Positions 27,935 to 39,239 of a DNA stretch of 64,000 nt are shown here, in pieces (positions within the stretch are counted from its first letter, which is position 1; the number at the start of each line of letters is the position of its first letter). Location: NCBI GenBank assembly GCA_003327435.1, contig QOQV01000005.1, positions 21,222 through 85,221 on the forward strand, given 5' to 3'. The position numbers were made by a program, and so were the translations under genes. The notes under the pieces are model-generated. The model had not been told where the DNA came from. It worked only from the letters and a program-made list of their open reading frames with translations, and did not search any database. The DNA is from Ignavibacteriota bacterium (GTDB lineage Bacteria; Bacteroidota; Ignavibacteria; UBA10030; BY39).

Positions 27935-28030
27935 GAAAAAAGTGACATTCAAAAATCAGCCTCTTATTTCAATTTTTACAAGTTAACCTCAAAATACAAT
28001 TCGTCGGAAAAATTTTTCTTAAGGTTCCAA

Positions 28031-28852
28031 TTAATAACAATTCGTTCGGAGTTTATTTATTTCATATAAAAATATTGCACTAGCACTTGCAACATTTAAA
28101 GAATCAATTTTCTGGCTTATAGGGATATTTACCCTTTCATTACAAATAGCAATTATATCTTCTCTAATTCCAAAACCCTCACTCCCGAATACGATACAAA
28201 TATTTTTACGATAACCTATTTTTTCAGATATTATCTTTTCACCATGTGGATCAGCGGCAATGATTTCAAAATCATAAACCTGTGAGATTTTTCTTATATC
28301 TTCGTAAAGGTTATCGGATTCAAAAATTTTTAATTCGAAGACAGCTCCCATAGATTGCCGTATTGCTCGTCGCAAATATGGGCTGCTTGAAGTTTCGCCC
28401 ACAATCAGAGCATCAACATTAAAAGCAACACAATTTCTTACTATCACACCAAGATTGTCTGAATTAGTCAGTCCATCGACTGCCACAAAAAAATGAGAAG
28501 AACAATTATCATCGATTAGCTCGTCCAGTGCAATTGGTTCGGGAATTTTCCCAACAGCCATTATTCCTTGATGCAAGTTAAAACCGACTATAGATTCAAG
28601 CATTTTTTTTGTACCGATGTAAACCGGAATATCTGAGTTACATCTATTTGTAATAAAATTCTTTAAAACTTCATACCAATCTTCTGTTAATAAAAACGAT
28701 TCGATAGATAGATTACTCTCAAGTAATCTCCTCACGACTTTTTCACCTTCGGCAACGAAAATCCTTTTTTTAATATGCTCGATAGCCCTTCTTAATGTTC
28801 GATAAGGATAGAGATCGGGATTGTCAAGTGATTCAATTTTTATAATCTTCAT
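28031..28852 (-). CDS. TrmH/SpoU family RNA methyltransferase
   Basis: FVAEG, NLGVIVRN, FGSEGFG, IDSLNVASASAI. Confidence 0.92.
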   Translation of the reverse strand: MKIIKIESLDNPDLYPYRTLRRAIEHIKKRIFVAEGEKVVRRLLESNLSIESFLLTEDWYEVLKNFITNRCNSDIPVYIGTKKMLESIVGFNLHQGIMAVGKIPEPIALDELIDDNCSSHFFVAVDGLTNSDNLGVIVRNCVAFNVDALIVGETSSSPYLRRAIRQSMGAVFELKIFESDNLYEDIRKISQVYDFEIIAADPHGEKIISEKIGYRKNICIVFGSEGFGIREDIIAICNERVNIPISQKIDSLNVASASAIFLYEINKLRTNCY

Positions 28853-28857
28853 AATTT

Positions 28858-30075
28858 TTAAGATGGATATACCAACTTTCCGATAAAAACTATACTGTTT
28901 GTATTTTTTTCCTTTATCATAAACAAGAATGGTCTATCACACCGAACCACAATACGATCCCTGATTGAAGTTATTCCAATTGTAATGGATGTCACAGCTG
29001 CAGCTTCAGTTCCCTCTTCATTAACTTCCACAAAAGTTGAATGTGCAACATTTGTAATATATGCTCTTTCGGGACCTTCGTAAATTTTTGTGAAATCAGC
29101 ATTTTCTGGATCAAATGCTATACTCATCCCAAGGGATTTCAACACTGGACTCAAATCAATTTTATACTTTATCTGAAATTTTGGTAAAAATAATTTTACT
29201 TCTCTAGCTTCCATTTGATCAAAACACTGCTTTAAACTTTCTTCTGAAAGATTTTTAATGATTTGATCGATATTTTGACCAATTTTAGGCAGAATAATTC
29301 CCATACTATAAGCCCCATTGGAATACGGAAGCTCAATAACCTGAAAATTATCATTCTCAAAATATCCCGCATTAATCTCCTGGGTCATCATTTTACAAGC
29401 AACACTATCTTTTATTGATTTTTTAAACCAATCATCCCTTGTCATCGATTTATCAAAAGGTAACTTCCAATCAGCTTTGAAGTAAACAGCATTTAACAAA
29501 AACATTATTTCGTTTTCAGATATCCTTTCGACTATTATTGGAATTTTACCTTCAGTATTTTCATTTGCCCATTTATTAATTTTATTGACTGAAGCAGGTG
29601 TAGCAAAATCTAATCCTTCAATTAAAGCATTAAAATACTTTTTATTCTCATCGAAAAAATTGTTTTTGATAGTGATATTGTTTCTATAAAATATTGCATT
29701 GGCTATTTTAAACTTTACTTTAGGATCAACACCAAGCAATAAATCAGTTAGCGACTTATAAGATTGATTAATCTCAGTTTGTGATAAGTCGGTAACGAAA
29801 AGTGTTTTTTTGATGGAGTCATAAGTTTGTGAACCAGCACCGTTTAAGACCATTCCAATCGCAAACGACACACTCAAAGGTGAGATAAAAATATTTTTAT
29901 CCTTATCCCGCTCATTTATTCTTTTAAATAATTCCAGCCCAAAAATGTAATTTGATTGAATTAAATTTTTCTCAATCGTTGTAAGTTGTCGTATTTCCTG
30001 ATTTACACTATCAACTGGTGCCACTTTACAACTGCCCAAAATTATAAGAATAATCGATAAATAACGACTTAACAT
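28858..30075 (-). CDS. Serpin (probable lipoprotein)
   Basis: NIFISPLS, NAVYFKADW, hinge EEGTEAAAVT, DRPFLFMI; lipobox LGSC. Confidence 0.95.
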   Translation of the reverse strand: MLSRYLSIILIILGSCKVAPVDSVNQEIRQLTTIEKNLIQSNYIFGLELFKRINERDKDKNIFISPLSVSFAIGMVLNGAGSQTYDSIKKTLFVTDLSQTEINQSYKSLTDLLLGVDPKVKFKIANAIFYRNNITIKNNFFDENKKYFNALIEGLDFATPASVNKINKWANENTEGKIPIIVERISENEIMFLLNAVYFKADWKLPFDKSMTRDDWFKKSIKDSVACKMMTQEINAGYFENDNFQVIELPYSNGAYSMGIILPKIGQNIDQIIKNLSEESLKQCFDQMEAREVKLFLPKFQIKYKIDLSPVLKSLGMSIAFDPENADFTKIYEGPERAYITNVAHSTFVEVNEEGTEAAAVTSITIGITSIRDRIVVRCDRPFLFMIKEKNTNSIVFIGKLVYPS

Positions 30076-30130
30076 ATTTGTTTCCTTTCATAATTTTTTT
30101 CCTACACATTAGATAAACCATTTTAAACAA

Positions 30131-32149
30131 CTAAGAGTTTTCAAGTTGCTCAAAACTTGGTGGGCTTAAAAGTTCAAATGCTTTATCAATTTGTGCATGG
30201 GTGCCGATTATAACCAAGATATCACCTGCTTCTATTTTATAACTGCTTGGTGGATTTGTTAATGGTTTATTGTCTCTTAGCACCGCAATTATAGTAGCAC
30301 CTGATAAATACCGTAAATTTAGTTCAGCGATAGTTTTTCCATTTGCAGGTGAATCTTTCAGGACAAGAAAATTATCTATCGTACCGGCGGATAGAATTGC
30401 TTCAAGTTGCTCAGCAGTTGCATCTGGAAGTTTCAATCCACGCAGGATTCCATATCCGGACCTTCTTATAAGCTCAACCTGTGTTAAGATCACATTTCTT
30501 GGAATATGGTATTGTCGTAAAACTCTGGTAAATATTTCAATTGAGGTTTCAAATTCTTCCGGTATTACTTCATTTGCACCTAATTTGTACAGATCATCCA
30601 GTTCCTGAACTGATCTTGTACGGGCAATTATATACAAATCCTTGTTAAGTTTTCTTGCAAATTTCAAGATTCTCCTCATCGCATCGTTATCCGATATTGC
30701 CAGAACAAGCACTCTTGCATTTTCGATTCCCAGCGAATTTAGCATTTCACCACGAGTTGCATCTCCAAAAACAATATTTTCACCTAATTTTTTTGCTTCC
30801 TTCACCAGCTCACCATCCGAATCAATTATCACATAATTAATTCCAGTTTCCTTTAATACAGTGGCTAAATTCCTACCATTCAATCCATATCCCACAATAA
30901 TTACATGATTTTTGTAAGGTATATTGCTGATTGTTTCAACTTCTTGCTGAGTTGATTTGACTCTAATTAATTTTTTCCACGGATTCATTTTATCTAAAAC
31001 TGGAACGATTGCTTTTGAAAAATCAAAAAATATGGGTGTAAGCATCATAGTAAAAATTGTTACACCTAAGAATAATTGATAGTTGTTGTTTTGAATTACT
31101 CCATTTTCCAAACCGTTAATTGCAAGTATGAACGAAAACTCACCAATCTGCGAAAGCGAGAGCCCTACAATAATTGCTGTTCTAACCGGAAAAGATAATA
31201 TCATCACAACAATAGAAATTATAATATATTTTAACACAATTACTAAAATTGAAACAGCGATAAACAAGAAAAGATTATCGAAGATAAATTTAGTGCTTAC
31301 AAGCATTCCGATAGAGATAAAAAATAAACTACTCAAAGCATCTCTAAATGGAAGCGAAGTTGCTACAATTTCGTGAGAATATTCTGATTCCGAGAGTACT
31401 AAGCCTGCTATAAATGCCCCTAAAGCTAAAGATAATCCTGCATAGGATGTTAAAATTGCTGTTCCAATACTTATAAAAACAATTCCAATAACAAAGATTT
31501 CCCTACTTTTCATTAAAACAAGATAATCGATGATTTTAGGCATCAGATAGGTTGAGATTAAGATAAGTGCTAAAATTCCCACCGAACCTAAAAACAATCT
31601 TGAAACCACATCGAATAGACTTGTAATTTGAGTTGGAGACAAGATTGGAATAAACAACATCATTGGGATTATACAAAGGTCCTGAAACAAAAGTATTCCA
31701 AGTGATATTTTACCGTGAGGTGAGTAAGTTTCTTCTCGATCTGAGAGCAACTTCATCACAATCGCAGTACTGCTAAGAGAAATAAGAAATCCAACAAATA
31801 CCGCCTCGTTTACAGGCACATTAATTAAAAGAGCTAAAATTGAGGTCACTCCAATTGTAATTATAACCTGAAGTCCGCCACCCAAAAGCACAATTCTTTT
31901 AATTTTCTTTAACCGAGTTAACGAAAATTCAAGGCCAATAGTAAAAAGTAACAGGATAACTCCCACTTCAGCAAGAACATTAATTGCTTCAATATTTTTT
32001 ATAATTCCAAAACCATAAGGACCAATAACTAATCCGCCTATTAAAAATCCAACAAGTGGTGGAATCTTAATTTTTCTGAAAAGGGATATGATAACTATTA
32101 TAATTGCTAATATTATAACTAATTCATTCAATATGTAGATGTTATTCAT
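30131..32149 (-). CDS. CPA2 cation:proton antiporter (KefB/KefC-like) with TrkA-N and TrkA-C domains
   Basis: LLFTIGLEFS, GILLFQD, SQIGEFSF, IVGYGLNG, C-terminal RCK-C. Confidence 0.92.
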   Translation of the reverse strand: MNNIYILNELVIILAIIIVIISLFRKIKIPPLVGFLIGGLVIGPYGFGIIKNIEAINVLAEVGVILLLFTIGLEFSLTRLKKIKRIVLLGGGLQVIITIGVTSILALLINVPVNEAVFVGFLISLSSTAIVMKLLSDREETYSPHGKISLGILLFQDLCIIPMMLFIPILSPTQITSLFDVVSRLFLGSVGILALILISTYLMPKIIDYLVLMKSREIFVIGIVFISIGTAILTSYAGLSLALGAFIAGLVLSESEYSHEIVATSLPFRDALSSLFFISIGMLVSTKFIFDNLFLFIAVSILVIVLKYIIISIVVMILSFPVRTAIIVGLSLSQIGEFSFILAINGLENGVIQNNNYQLFLGVTIFTMMLTPIFFDFSKAIVPVLDKMNPWKKLIRVKSTQQEVETISNIPYKNHVIIVGYGLNGRNLATVLKETGINYVIIDSDGELVKEAKKLGENIVFGDATRGEMLNSLGIENARVLVLAISDNDAMRRILKFARKLNKDLYIIARTRSVQELDDLYKLGANEVIPEEFETSIEIFTRVLRQYHIPRNVILTQVELIRRSGYGILRGLKLPDATAEQLEAILSAGTIDNFLVLKDSPANGKTIAELNLRYLSGATIIAVLRDNKPLTNPPSSYKIEAGDILVIIGTHAQIDKAFELLSPPSFEQLENS

Positions 32150-32227
32150 TTCCCAAAATCATTTATTTAGTGTGAAGTTAGAAAAATTTTTTTTAAATGC
32201 AAAATATATGTGTATATTTGAATCAAT

Positions 32228-33181
32228 ATGAGTGATATTATTTTAGAAACGATAAATTTAACCAAAGCTTTCGGTAAACTTGTTGCGGTAAATAATCTTA
32301 ATCTTCAAGTATTGAAAGGCGATGTGTTTGGCTTTTTAGGTCCTAACGGAGCTGGGAAAAGTACAACTATCAGAATGATTCTCTCCTTAATTAAACCTAC
32401 CAACGGCAAAACTCAGATATTTGGTAAAGATTCAAACAAATTTCGTTCGGAGGTTCTAAAAAAGGTTGGGAGTTTGGTCGAAAAACCAGACTTCTACGGT
32501 CATCTATCAGCAATTGATAATCTTAGATTTATTGGAGCATTAAATGGAGGAGTATCCGATCAACAAATAGAGAAAGTTTTAGAGATTGTGAATCTAAGAG
32601 ATCGAATGAACGACAAGGTAAAAAAATACTCTCATGGTATGAAGCAACGGTTAGGTATAGCGCAGGCACTCCTGAATGATCCTGAATTGCTTATTCTTGA
32701 TGAACCAACATCAGGACTTGATCCAAACGGTATGCGTGAAGTTCGTGAGTTAATTAAAAAACTTTCTAAAGAGCATAACAAAACAATCTTTTTATCTTCA
32801 CATTTGCTTTCTGAAGTTGAACAGGTTGCAACTCGGATGGCAATTATTAATTTTGGAAACTTAATTGTACAGGGAAAAGTAGACGATTTACTACGAAGTG
32901 GTGAACAATATATTCAAATTGGTGCAGATAATTTAGAACGAGCATTTGAAATCATCAAAAAAGAAAAATTTATCTCAGACATTCTCATCGAGAATGGATT
33001 TTTGAAAATCAAGACCTCAATCGATAAATCATCCGAGATAAACGAATTACTTGTAAAAAATGGAATCAAAGTAAGTTCACTTATCCCGAAAAGAACACTC
33101 GAGGATTTTTATTTAGAGCTCACTGAATCCTCATATACAAAATATAAAAACGGAAATATTTCTCGAGCCGGTGATGTTTAA
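32228..33181 (+). CDS. ABC transporter ATP-binding protein (BcrA-like)
   Basis: GPNGAGKST, YSHGMKQR, LILDEPTSGLDP, SSHLL. Confidence 0.95.
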   Translation: MSDIILETINLTKAFGKLVAVNNLNLQVLKGDVFGFLGPNGAGKSTTIRMILSLIKPTNGKTQIFGKDSNKFRSEVLKKVGSLVEKPDFYGHLSAIDNLRFIGALNGGVSDQQIEKVLEIVNLRDRMNDKVKKYSHGMKQRLGIAQALLNDPELLILDEPTSGLDPNGMREVRELIKKLSKEHNKTIFLSSHLLSEVEQVATRMAIINFGNLIVQGKVDDLLRSGEQYIQIGADNLERAFEIIKKEKFISDILIENGFLKIKTSIDKSSEINELLVKNGIKVSSLIPKRTLEDFYLELTESSYTKYKNGNISRAGDV

Positions 33182-34010
33182 ACTTTTGATTCTCGAAATA
33201 CTTAAAACTTTTAAAAAATGGCGTACTTATATAGGTTTTTTAACAATTGGGATAATTGTTCCGCTCATAGCATCTGCAATAAAATTTAGTGGAGCTGATT
33301 TAGAAAAAGGTATGATGCGGCAATTTGAAAGCGAGTTTTTAATTGTTGGTAATTTGTTTAATGGATGGTTCTTCAGTCATATGATAATGAACAGTTTGTT
33401 CATTCACATCCCGTTCCTGATAACCCTTGTGGCAGGAGATATACTTGCTGGTGAGGCAACTGCTGGAACATACAGAATTTTACTAACACATTCTATTTCA
33501 AGAACAAAAATTTTAATAATCAAGTACATTACTGCACTATTTTATTCATTTTTGCTAATCTTATTCCTGGCATTATTAAGTTTAGGATTCGGACATCTAT
33601 TTTTTGGTGGTGGAGATCTGTTGATATTCGGAAAAGAAATTTTGTTACTACCACCTGATGAGTTGTTGTTTAGATTTATTGGAGCATATCTTTGTGCAGT
33701 GATTGCGATGTGGACCATTTCGTCGCTTGCGTTCTTTTTTTCATCCTTTGTTGAAAATGCGATTGGACCGATTATTGGAACGATGTCGGTGTTAATAATT
33801 TTTTTAATAATATCCGAGTTACCTATAGAATTTTTTGAAAATATCAAACCATATCTTTTTACAACATATACATCTGTGTGGATGAAAGTGTTTGAAGAAC
33901 CAATAAATATAAAAGAAATTTTCGCTTCAATTACCTACCTAATAATTTATTCAGCAAGTTTCTTTGCAATCACTTTATATTATTTCAAAAGAAAGGATAT
34001 TCTATCTTGA
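33171..34010 (+). CDS. ABC-2 type permease
   Basis: Multiple TM segments, GE...GT.R..L...ISR motif, C-terminal FKRKDI; overlaps the ATPase gene. Confidence 0.9.
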   Translation: MMFKLLILEILKTFKKWRTYIGFLTIGIIVPLIASAIKFSGADLEKGMMRQFESEFLIVGNLFNGWFFSHMIMNSLFIHIPFLITLVAGDILAGEATAGTYRILLTHSISRTKILIIKYITALFYSFLLILFLALLSLGFGHLFFGGGDLLIFGKEILLLPPDELLFRFIGAYLCAVIAMWTISSLAFFFSSFVENAIGPIIGTMSVLIIFLIISELPIEFFENIKPYLFTTYTSVWMKVFEEPINIKEIFASITYLIIYSASFFAITLYYFKRKDILS

Positions 34011-34693
34011 GGTTAACATTAATAATAGTTTTATACACTATTGCCAATTTTCTTTTTTCACAGGATGATAGTTTATTTTTGAGGATAGAAAAAAATTATC
34101 AAGGTATACAGAGCTTCACTGCGGAAGCTCAGATAACAGTCGAGATGGAGCGACTTAGAATTCCGAGGAAGAAGTTCACATTATATTACAAGCATCCAGA
34201 TAAATTTAAAATTGAATCTGATGGTTTTGCGATGATTCCACGAATTGGGCTCCTTATATTTCCAAATCAATTGAATTCAGAAAAGTATGAACTCGAATTT
34301 ACATCACCTGATACAATTGGTGAATATATTACAGAAAAATATTTATTGAAGATAAAGAGCGTTGATAAGAGTCGTTTACCTTCTGCGCAACAGTTCTTTG
34401 TTTGGATAGATAGAAAACATTCATTACTTAGAAAAATAGAATCATTAAATTTCAGAGGCAGAACAAGTCGGGTAAATATTGAATATGGCAAGCTTAAGGA
34501 GGGATATTATATGCCATCGAGAATTGGGGTTACATTTGAAAATATTGCAGATAGCAGAGTCGACACACTTGAATTTCCTTTGCGAGAGCGGTTTCCATCT
34601 CGAATTCCTCGTTCAGGCAGCGTAACGATTGTATTCACAAAATATTCGATAAATGAAACATTAGAGGACAAGCTTTTTGAGAAGGAAAGGTAA
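34007..34693 (+). CDS. LolA-like periplasmic protein
   Basis: Signal peptide; YYKHPDKFKIES and VWIDRK patterns of LolA-fold proteins; coupled to the ABC genes. Confidence 0.6.
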   Translation: MRLTLIIVLYTIANFLFSQDDSLFLRIEKNYQGIQSFTAEAQITVEMERLRIPRKKFTLYYKHPDKFKIESDGFAMIPRIGLLIFPNQLNSEKYELEFTSPDTIGEYITEKYLLKIKSVDKSRLPSAQQFFVWIDRKHSLLRKIESLNFRGRTSRVNIEYGKLKEGYYMPSRIGVTFENIADSRVDTLEFPLRERFPSRIPRSGSVTIVFTKYSINETLEDKLFEKER

Positions 34694-34765
34694 AGAAATC
34701 TAAAGATTTTTTGGTTAAAACCGAAAAACAACTTAATAATTTGCGATTTAAACCGAAAATTATAT

Positions 34766-34813
34766 AAAAAAAGAGGGTAATCTCTAAATTCAAGATTACC
34801 CTCCAATTTTTTT
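34766..34813. terminator. Bidirectional intrinsic terminator
   Basis: 11-bp stem gagggtaatct (34773-34783) / agattaccctc (34793-34803) flanked by A and T tracts, between convergent genes. Confidence 0.85.
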
Positions 34814-34814
34814 C

Positions 34815-37800
34815 TTATTTAATTAACAAAAGTTTCTTGGTCTCAGTATAAGTTTTACCTGAGTTTTGTTCGACTGCGTGAATGCGGTAAAAATATACTC
34901 CACTTGGTAATACTGATGCATCAAATGTTACTTCATGGTACCCTGCATCCTTCTTTTCATCTATCAAAATTGCAACTTTTTGTCCGAGTGTATTGTAAAC
35001 ACTTAAATTAACCTGCGATGCATTTGGCAATGAATATTTAATCGTAGTTAATGAATTGAATGGATTGGGGTAATTTTGGTAAAGGGAGTATTTTTCTGGT
35101 AAATTTGATTTCCCGATTAGTTTTAATAATAACTGAAAATTAGAATCAATACACTTTATTTGACCATTTCCATGTAACAATATCTCTTTATCACCAATTT
35201 TTAAGAAAGTCGAAATATTCGACTTGATTTCCCACTTTATTGTTAGAGGAAATTGAGCAGAAGAAATTCGAATTGGATATTCACCTGATATATTCTCGTC
35301 AATTACTTCGACAATTCTATTTGAAGCAAAACGTACATCAAAAATACCCATAGGTGGAGTTGGTGGAAGGTCAAATTTTTCTGAAATGAATTGCCTATCT
35401 AACTTTTTATCAAAATATATTATTCGCTCTTGACCATCCGATGTTGTAAATATTAACTTGTTGAAATTACTAAAGTCAACAGAGGAATATACTTTTGATG
35501 ATTTCACAATTGTCTCAAAAGATAATAAAAGCTTACCTGATTCACTTACCTTCACCCAGTATCCTTTACCTGGTTTAATAGTATCGGATATAAAATAACC
35601 AGAATTATAACCATAAAAATAACTATCTATAATAGTGGAAGGCTCAGATATTATTGATACAACTGGAACTGCATAACTTATAGAACCTATTAAATTCCAA
35701 CCCTCAGATAGATAAAAAGTATCAGCATTAATAAAAGATCCTCTAATGTCATTAGTTTGATCATCAGAAAATTTTAACCAATACCCTAATTTATTTTCTA
35801 ATGTATCTTCCAAAATATAACCGTTTTGAAATTTAAATGCTGATGAAGATGAACTCGGAAATAATTTGTCTTTATAGTAATCTTTTACTTTCATAGGTAC
35901 TGATACGATATTCCAACCTTTACTGGTTGGAATCGTAACCTGTGAAAGAGTTGTAAAGATACTCGCCTCAGAAAAACTGCTTTGCAATCCTCTATGTAAC
36001 GCTTTTACTCTCCAAAAATATTGTTTATCAAATTCAAGACCTATAATTTGTATAAAAGTATCAGTGATAGTATTTTGATAAATAATATGAACCGGATCAA
36101 AATCATTTGAAGTGGATAATTGAACCTCATAATTAATAGCACCATAAACTTTGTTCCAAATCATTACAGGATTTACAGATACCTCTAACGAGCTATCTAC
36201 AGGATAAATAATGTTCGGTGGATCGAGATGCGTAAGAACTTCAACTGGAACGAAAGACAAATTATTTATTTCGTCCATTTCAAAAACTTGGTTATTGGCA
36301 TCTACATAAACATAAAAATTTCTTAAACCTTGTTCATTTATATTAGGTATTACAATTTTAGTTTTAATGGAATCTCTTCCTAATGCAGGAAGATTTATAA
36401 AAAAATCGTTTCCTATTTGATTACCATTAGCTCTTGGCCATTCATCATAAAACCTGACTAAAATATCCGTTGAGGGGATTGAATCAATTTTCTGAAAATA
36501 TGCATATACATTTATTGTATCACCTGGATATGTAATATTTGGTTGTACACAAAAATTATCTACTAGCAAATCCATGCGAGAAGCAATAATATTTGTATAC
36601 GCAGTTCCAGAATCACCGTATGTATCAAAAACACGTAAACCTATAATTCCGTGATAAACATAATTATAACATATTGTAAGAGTTTCATTAATTGCGTCTG
36701 TAAAAATTCCATCTCCATTTAGATCCCACTTATATTGAATAATCGAATCACCTTCATCAGGATCATATGATGCACGACCATCGAGAAATATGCATCCAGG
36801 TATAGAAGTCGTATAGAAAAAACCTCTTACAGGAGGAATAGGTACAGCTACTGGTGGATGATTCCCTAATGTAACAAAAATCGTTATATTCTCTTCATCG
36901 TATTTTGGAGGGTTACTATTATCTTTTACGCGTAGTCTAATTTGATATATGCCAGTATCAGGATACCCAGGATTAATAGGTCTAGGTCCATATGCATCAG
37001 GAGAATTCCAATCAATTCCATCTGATGTATTAAAGTCCCATCGCCATTCTATAATAGCACGAGTTGGATCAGTGTGCCATGACCGAGAACCATCTACTTG
37101 AAATGCATAATTAGGTGGTACGGAGCCAATAGGTTCAATTTTTGCCACTGGCACAGATTGAACAACTCCGGGTGTTAGTGTAAGAATCGCAAAAGCTGTA
37201 GAAAGTGGTGGTGAATTTGCATAGCTTGAGCTTAAAACATAACTACCATTCCAAGAACCATCAGGTTTCTGGCCCCAAGTTGCATTTGTCAATAAATGTG
37301 TAATATATTCCCTATACCAGTCATGAGCTCCAACGCTATCAATTCCTTTTCGATTATTAATAAGACGCATTCCTTTCATTATTGCATATAAAGCATAAGT
37401 ATTTCCTGTAAATTGGCCAGTTATTTCTGGATGAGAAAAACTGTTAGCATACCAATAATTATTTAGGTAATTTAGGGCATTAATAATCTTTGAACTATCT
37501 GTGGTGTAACCTAGGAATGCATATGTACTTATACCCGCTCCTGTTTTTGCAAGATCAATATATTCCGAAGAAGTTGTATATCCGAATCCACCATTAGATG
37601 AATTCTGGCTATTATTCAACCACACTTTTAATTCATTTTTTACAAATGTAGGTATATTCATTCCCCATACATTTTGGGCTACTTCTAAAACCAATACGGG
37701 CCATTGTACTGCAGAGTTATCACTTGATCCATAACTTGCACAATTTACACAATACCTCCAACCACCACGACCTCCTCCAGCATCAGTTTGAGAATAATAA

Positions 37801-39218
37801 ATCATATCAAGTGCGTCAACAATAAAGTCATAGTATGTTTGACCAATAAAAGGAGCGACTTTAATCGTATCCATTTGTGCGCTTTCGATATTTCTATGTG
37901 CACCTAAAACTGCTAAAAGTGCGATACCATTTGCATACTGCTCTTTTGATGAATTTGAGGTAAAATAAACCCCAATTCCATCGCCATCTGTATCTGGATT
38001 ACCGTATGTTTGCATACTTATAAAATTTCTTGATGCTTTCTGGCTAAACAAATAATTCAATCCATTTGTAACCGGTTCAGCGTAAATGTCGTATGAGGGT
38101 TTATTCGTCGGCAAATGTCCATTTTCTTCGAATGCTAAAATTGACATCCCCGTTGCCCCAGTATTTCCATACGCATCATACCAATATCCACTTGGATATT
38201 GGTTTTTATACAGATAAAGAAGTCCTTTTTCTATTGCGATATTCACTCTAATAGTCGTGTCAGCATTTGCAGGTGAAAATACTAATATTTGTGATTGACT
38301 GCTTGCGGAATTCCCTAATGAATCCCAAACTGTAAGTGTTATAAGTTTTAACCCACTTGTATTGTATGTATGCGTTGTACCAATAAACCTTGGATTTGTA
38401 ACAATACCTGTAGTATCAGTGTCATCACCAAATTCTAATTTAAAACTAAATTTCCAATCACCGCCCGACGCACTTCCCCAAACTGTAATTGGTTCACCAA
38501 CAACAGCATTAGCATAACTTTCACTTATGTAATAACTTGGCATTGTTCTTACCTCAAGTGGAAGATAAACCGGATATAATTGACTCTTAGGAACAATGGT
38601 TTTAATAGTAGACGGACTACTCCAATATAATCTAGCTGTAGCACTTCCTGTGGCTTCATAAGATTCAATTTTAATTTTATACCTTTTTCCTGCGATCAAT
38701 CTTATGCTGTTGTTATATTCTCCTGTAGTCCCCCATTTATCAATTAATAAATTATTATCGATCCATAATCTCATACCATCATCTACATTAACATAAAAAG
38801 TATAAATTTCTGAATATTGAGCTTCAATTTCACCAATCCATCGGACACTAAAGTTGTCAGCATTAATTCCAGGTCCTGGTGACCCTGACCATGTAAAATT
38901 TATTACTGTATCAATACGAGTTAATAGAGGATTACCATTTAGATTTGTATTATTATAATAAAAACCGAATAAACCAGTACCAGATGAACTTTTAGGGTAA
39001 ATCTCATAGCTATTTTTTTCACGTTTTTCTTTAAAAAACTTTTGCCAGGCATCTTCTGGGGTTTCTAAAGGATCATTGAACTGCCCTTGTGGAGGTGAAT
39101 AATTTTTTAACAAATCCTCTGCCTTTTCAATGATTCTATCTTGTGAAAAAGTAAAATTAATCATAATAAAAAATATGAACACACTTAATTTTAAAAAAAT
39201 TGTTATCAAGTTTTTCAT
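34815..39218 (-). CDS. Large T9SS cargo: PA14 + PKD + prenyltransferase/terpene-cyclase-like (alpha/alpha) barrel + PKD + CARDB + FN3-like + CTD
   Basis: DNFSVRWIG...VDDGMRLWID (PA14); AIEKGLLYLYKNQ, GGWRY, SDNSAVQW, QKPDGSW (QW-type repeats); YKWDLNGDG (PKD); VDANNQVFEMDEINN (CARDB); QNYPNPFN CTD. Confidence 0.82.
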   Translation of the reverse strand: MKNLITIFLKLSVFIFFIMINFTFSQDRIIEKAEDLLKNYSPPQGQFNDPLETPEDAWQKFFKEKREKNSYEIYPKSSSGTGLFGFYYNNTNLNGNPLLTRIDTVINFTWSGSPGPGINADNFSVRWIGEIEAQYSEIYTFYVNVDDGMRLWIDNNLLIDKWGTTGEYNNSIRLIAGKRYKIKIESYEATGSATARLYWSSPSTIKTIVPKSQLYPVYLPLEVRTMPSYYISESYANAVVGEPITVWGSASGGDWKFSFKLEFGDDTDTTGIVTNPRFIGTTHTYNTSGLKLITLTVWDSLGNSASSQSQILVFSPANADTTIRVNIAIEKGLLYLYKNQYPSGYWYDAYGNTGATGMSILAFEENGHLPTNKPSYDIYAEPVTNGLNYLFSQKASRNFISMQTYGNPDTDGDGIGVYFTSNSSKEQYANGIALLAVLGAHRNIESAQMDTIKVAPFIGQTYYDFIVDALDMIYYSQTDAGGGRGGWRYCVNCASYGSSDNSAVQWPVLVLEVAQNVWGMNIPTFVKNELKVWLNNSQNSSNGGFGYTTSSEYIDLAKTGAGISTYAFLGYTTDSSKIINALNYLNNYWYANSFSHPEITGQFTGNTYALYAIMKGMRLINNRKGIDSVGAHDWYREYITHLLTNATWGQKPDGSWNGSYVLSSSYANSPPLSTAFAILTLTPGVVQSVPVAKIEPIGSVPPNYAFQVDGSRSWHTDPTRAIIEWRWDFNTSDGIDWNSPDAYGPRPINPGYPDTGIYQIRLRVKDNSNPPKYDEENITIFVTLGNHPPVAVPIPPVRGFFYTTSIPGCIFLDGRASYDPDEGDSIIQYKWDLNGDGIFTDAINETLTICYNYVYHGIIGLRVFDTYGDSGTAYTNIIASRMDLLVDNFCVQPNITYPGDTINVYAYFQKIDSIPSTDILVRFYDEWPRANGNQIGNDFFINLPALGRDSIKTKIVIPNINEQGLRNFYVYVDANNQVFEMDEINNLSFVPVEVLTHLDPPNIIYPVDSSLEVSVNPVMIWNKVYGAINYEVQLSTSNDFDPVHIIYQNTITDTFIQIIGLEFDKQYFWRVKALHRGLQSSFSEASIFTTLSQVTIPTSKGWNIVSVPMKVKDYYKDKLFPSSSSSAFKFQNGYILEDTLENKLGYWLKFSDDQTNDIRGSFINADTFYLSEGWNLIGSISYAVPVVSIISEPSTIIDSYFYGYNSGYFISDTIKPGKGYWVKVSESGKLLLSFETIVKSSKVYSSVDFSNFNKLIFTTSDGQERIIYFDKKLDRQFISEKFDLPPTPPMGIFDVRFASNRIVEVIDENISGEYPIRISSAQFPLTIKWEIKSNISTFLKIGDKEILLHGNGQIKCIDSNFQLLLKLIGKSNLPEKYSLYQNYPNPFNSLTTIKYSLPNASQVNLSVYNTLGQKVAILIDEKKDAGYHEVTFDASVLPSGVYFYRIHAVEQNSGKTYTETKKLLLIK

Positions 39219-39239
39219 ATATCACCTACCATATTATTG

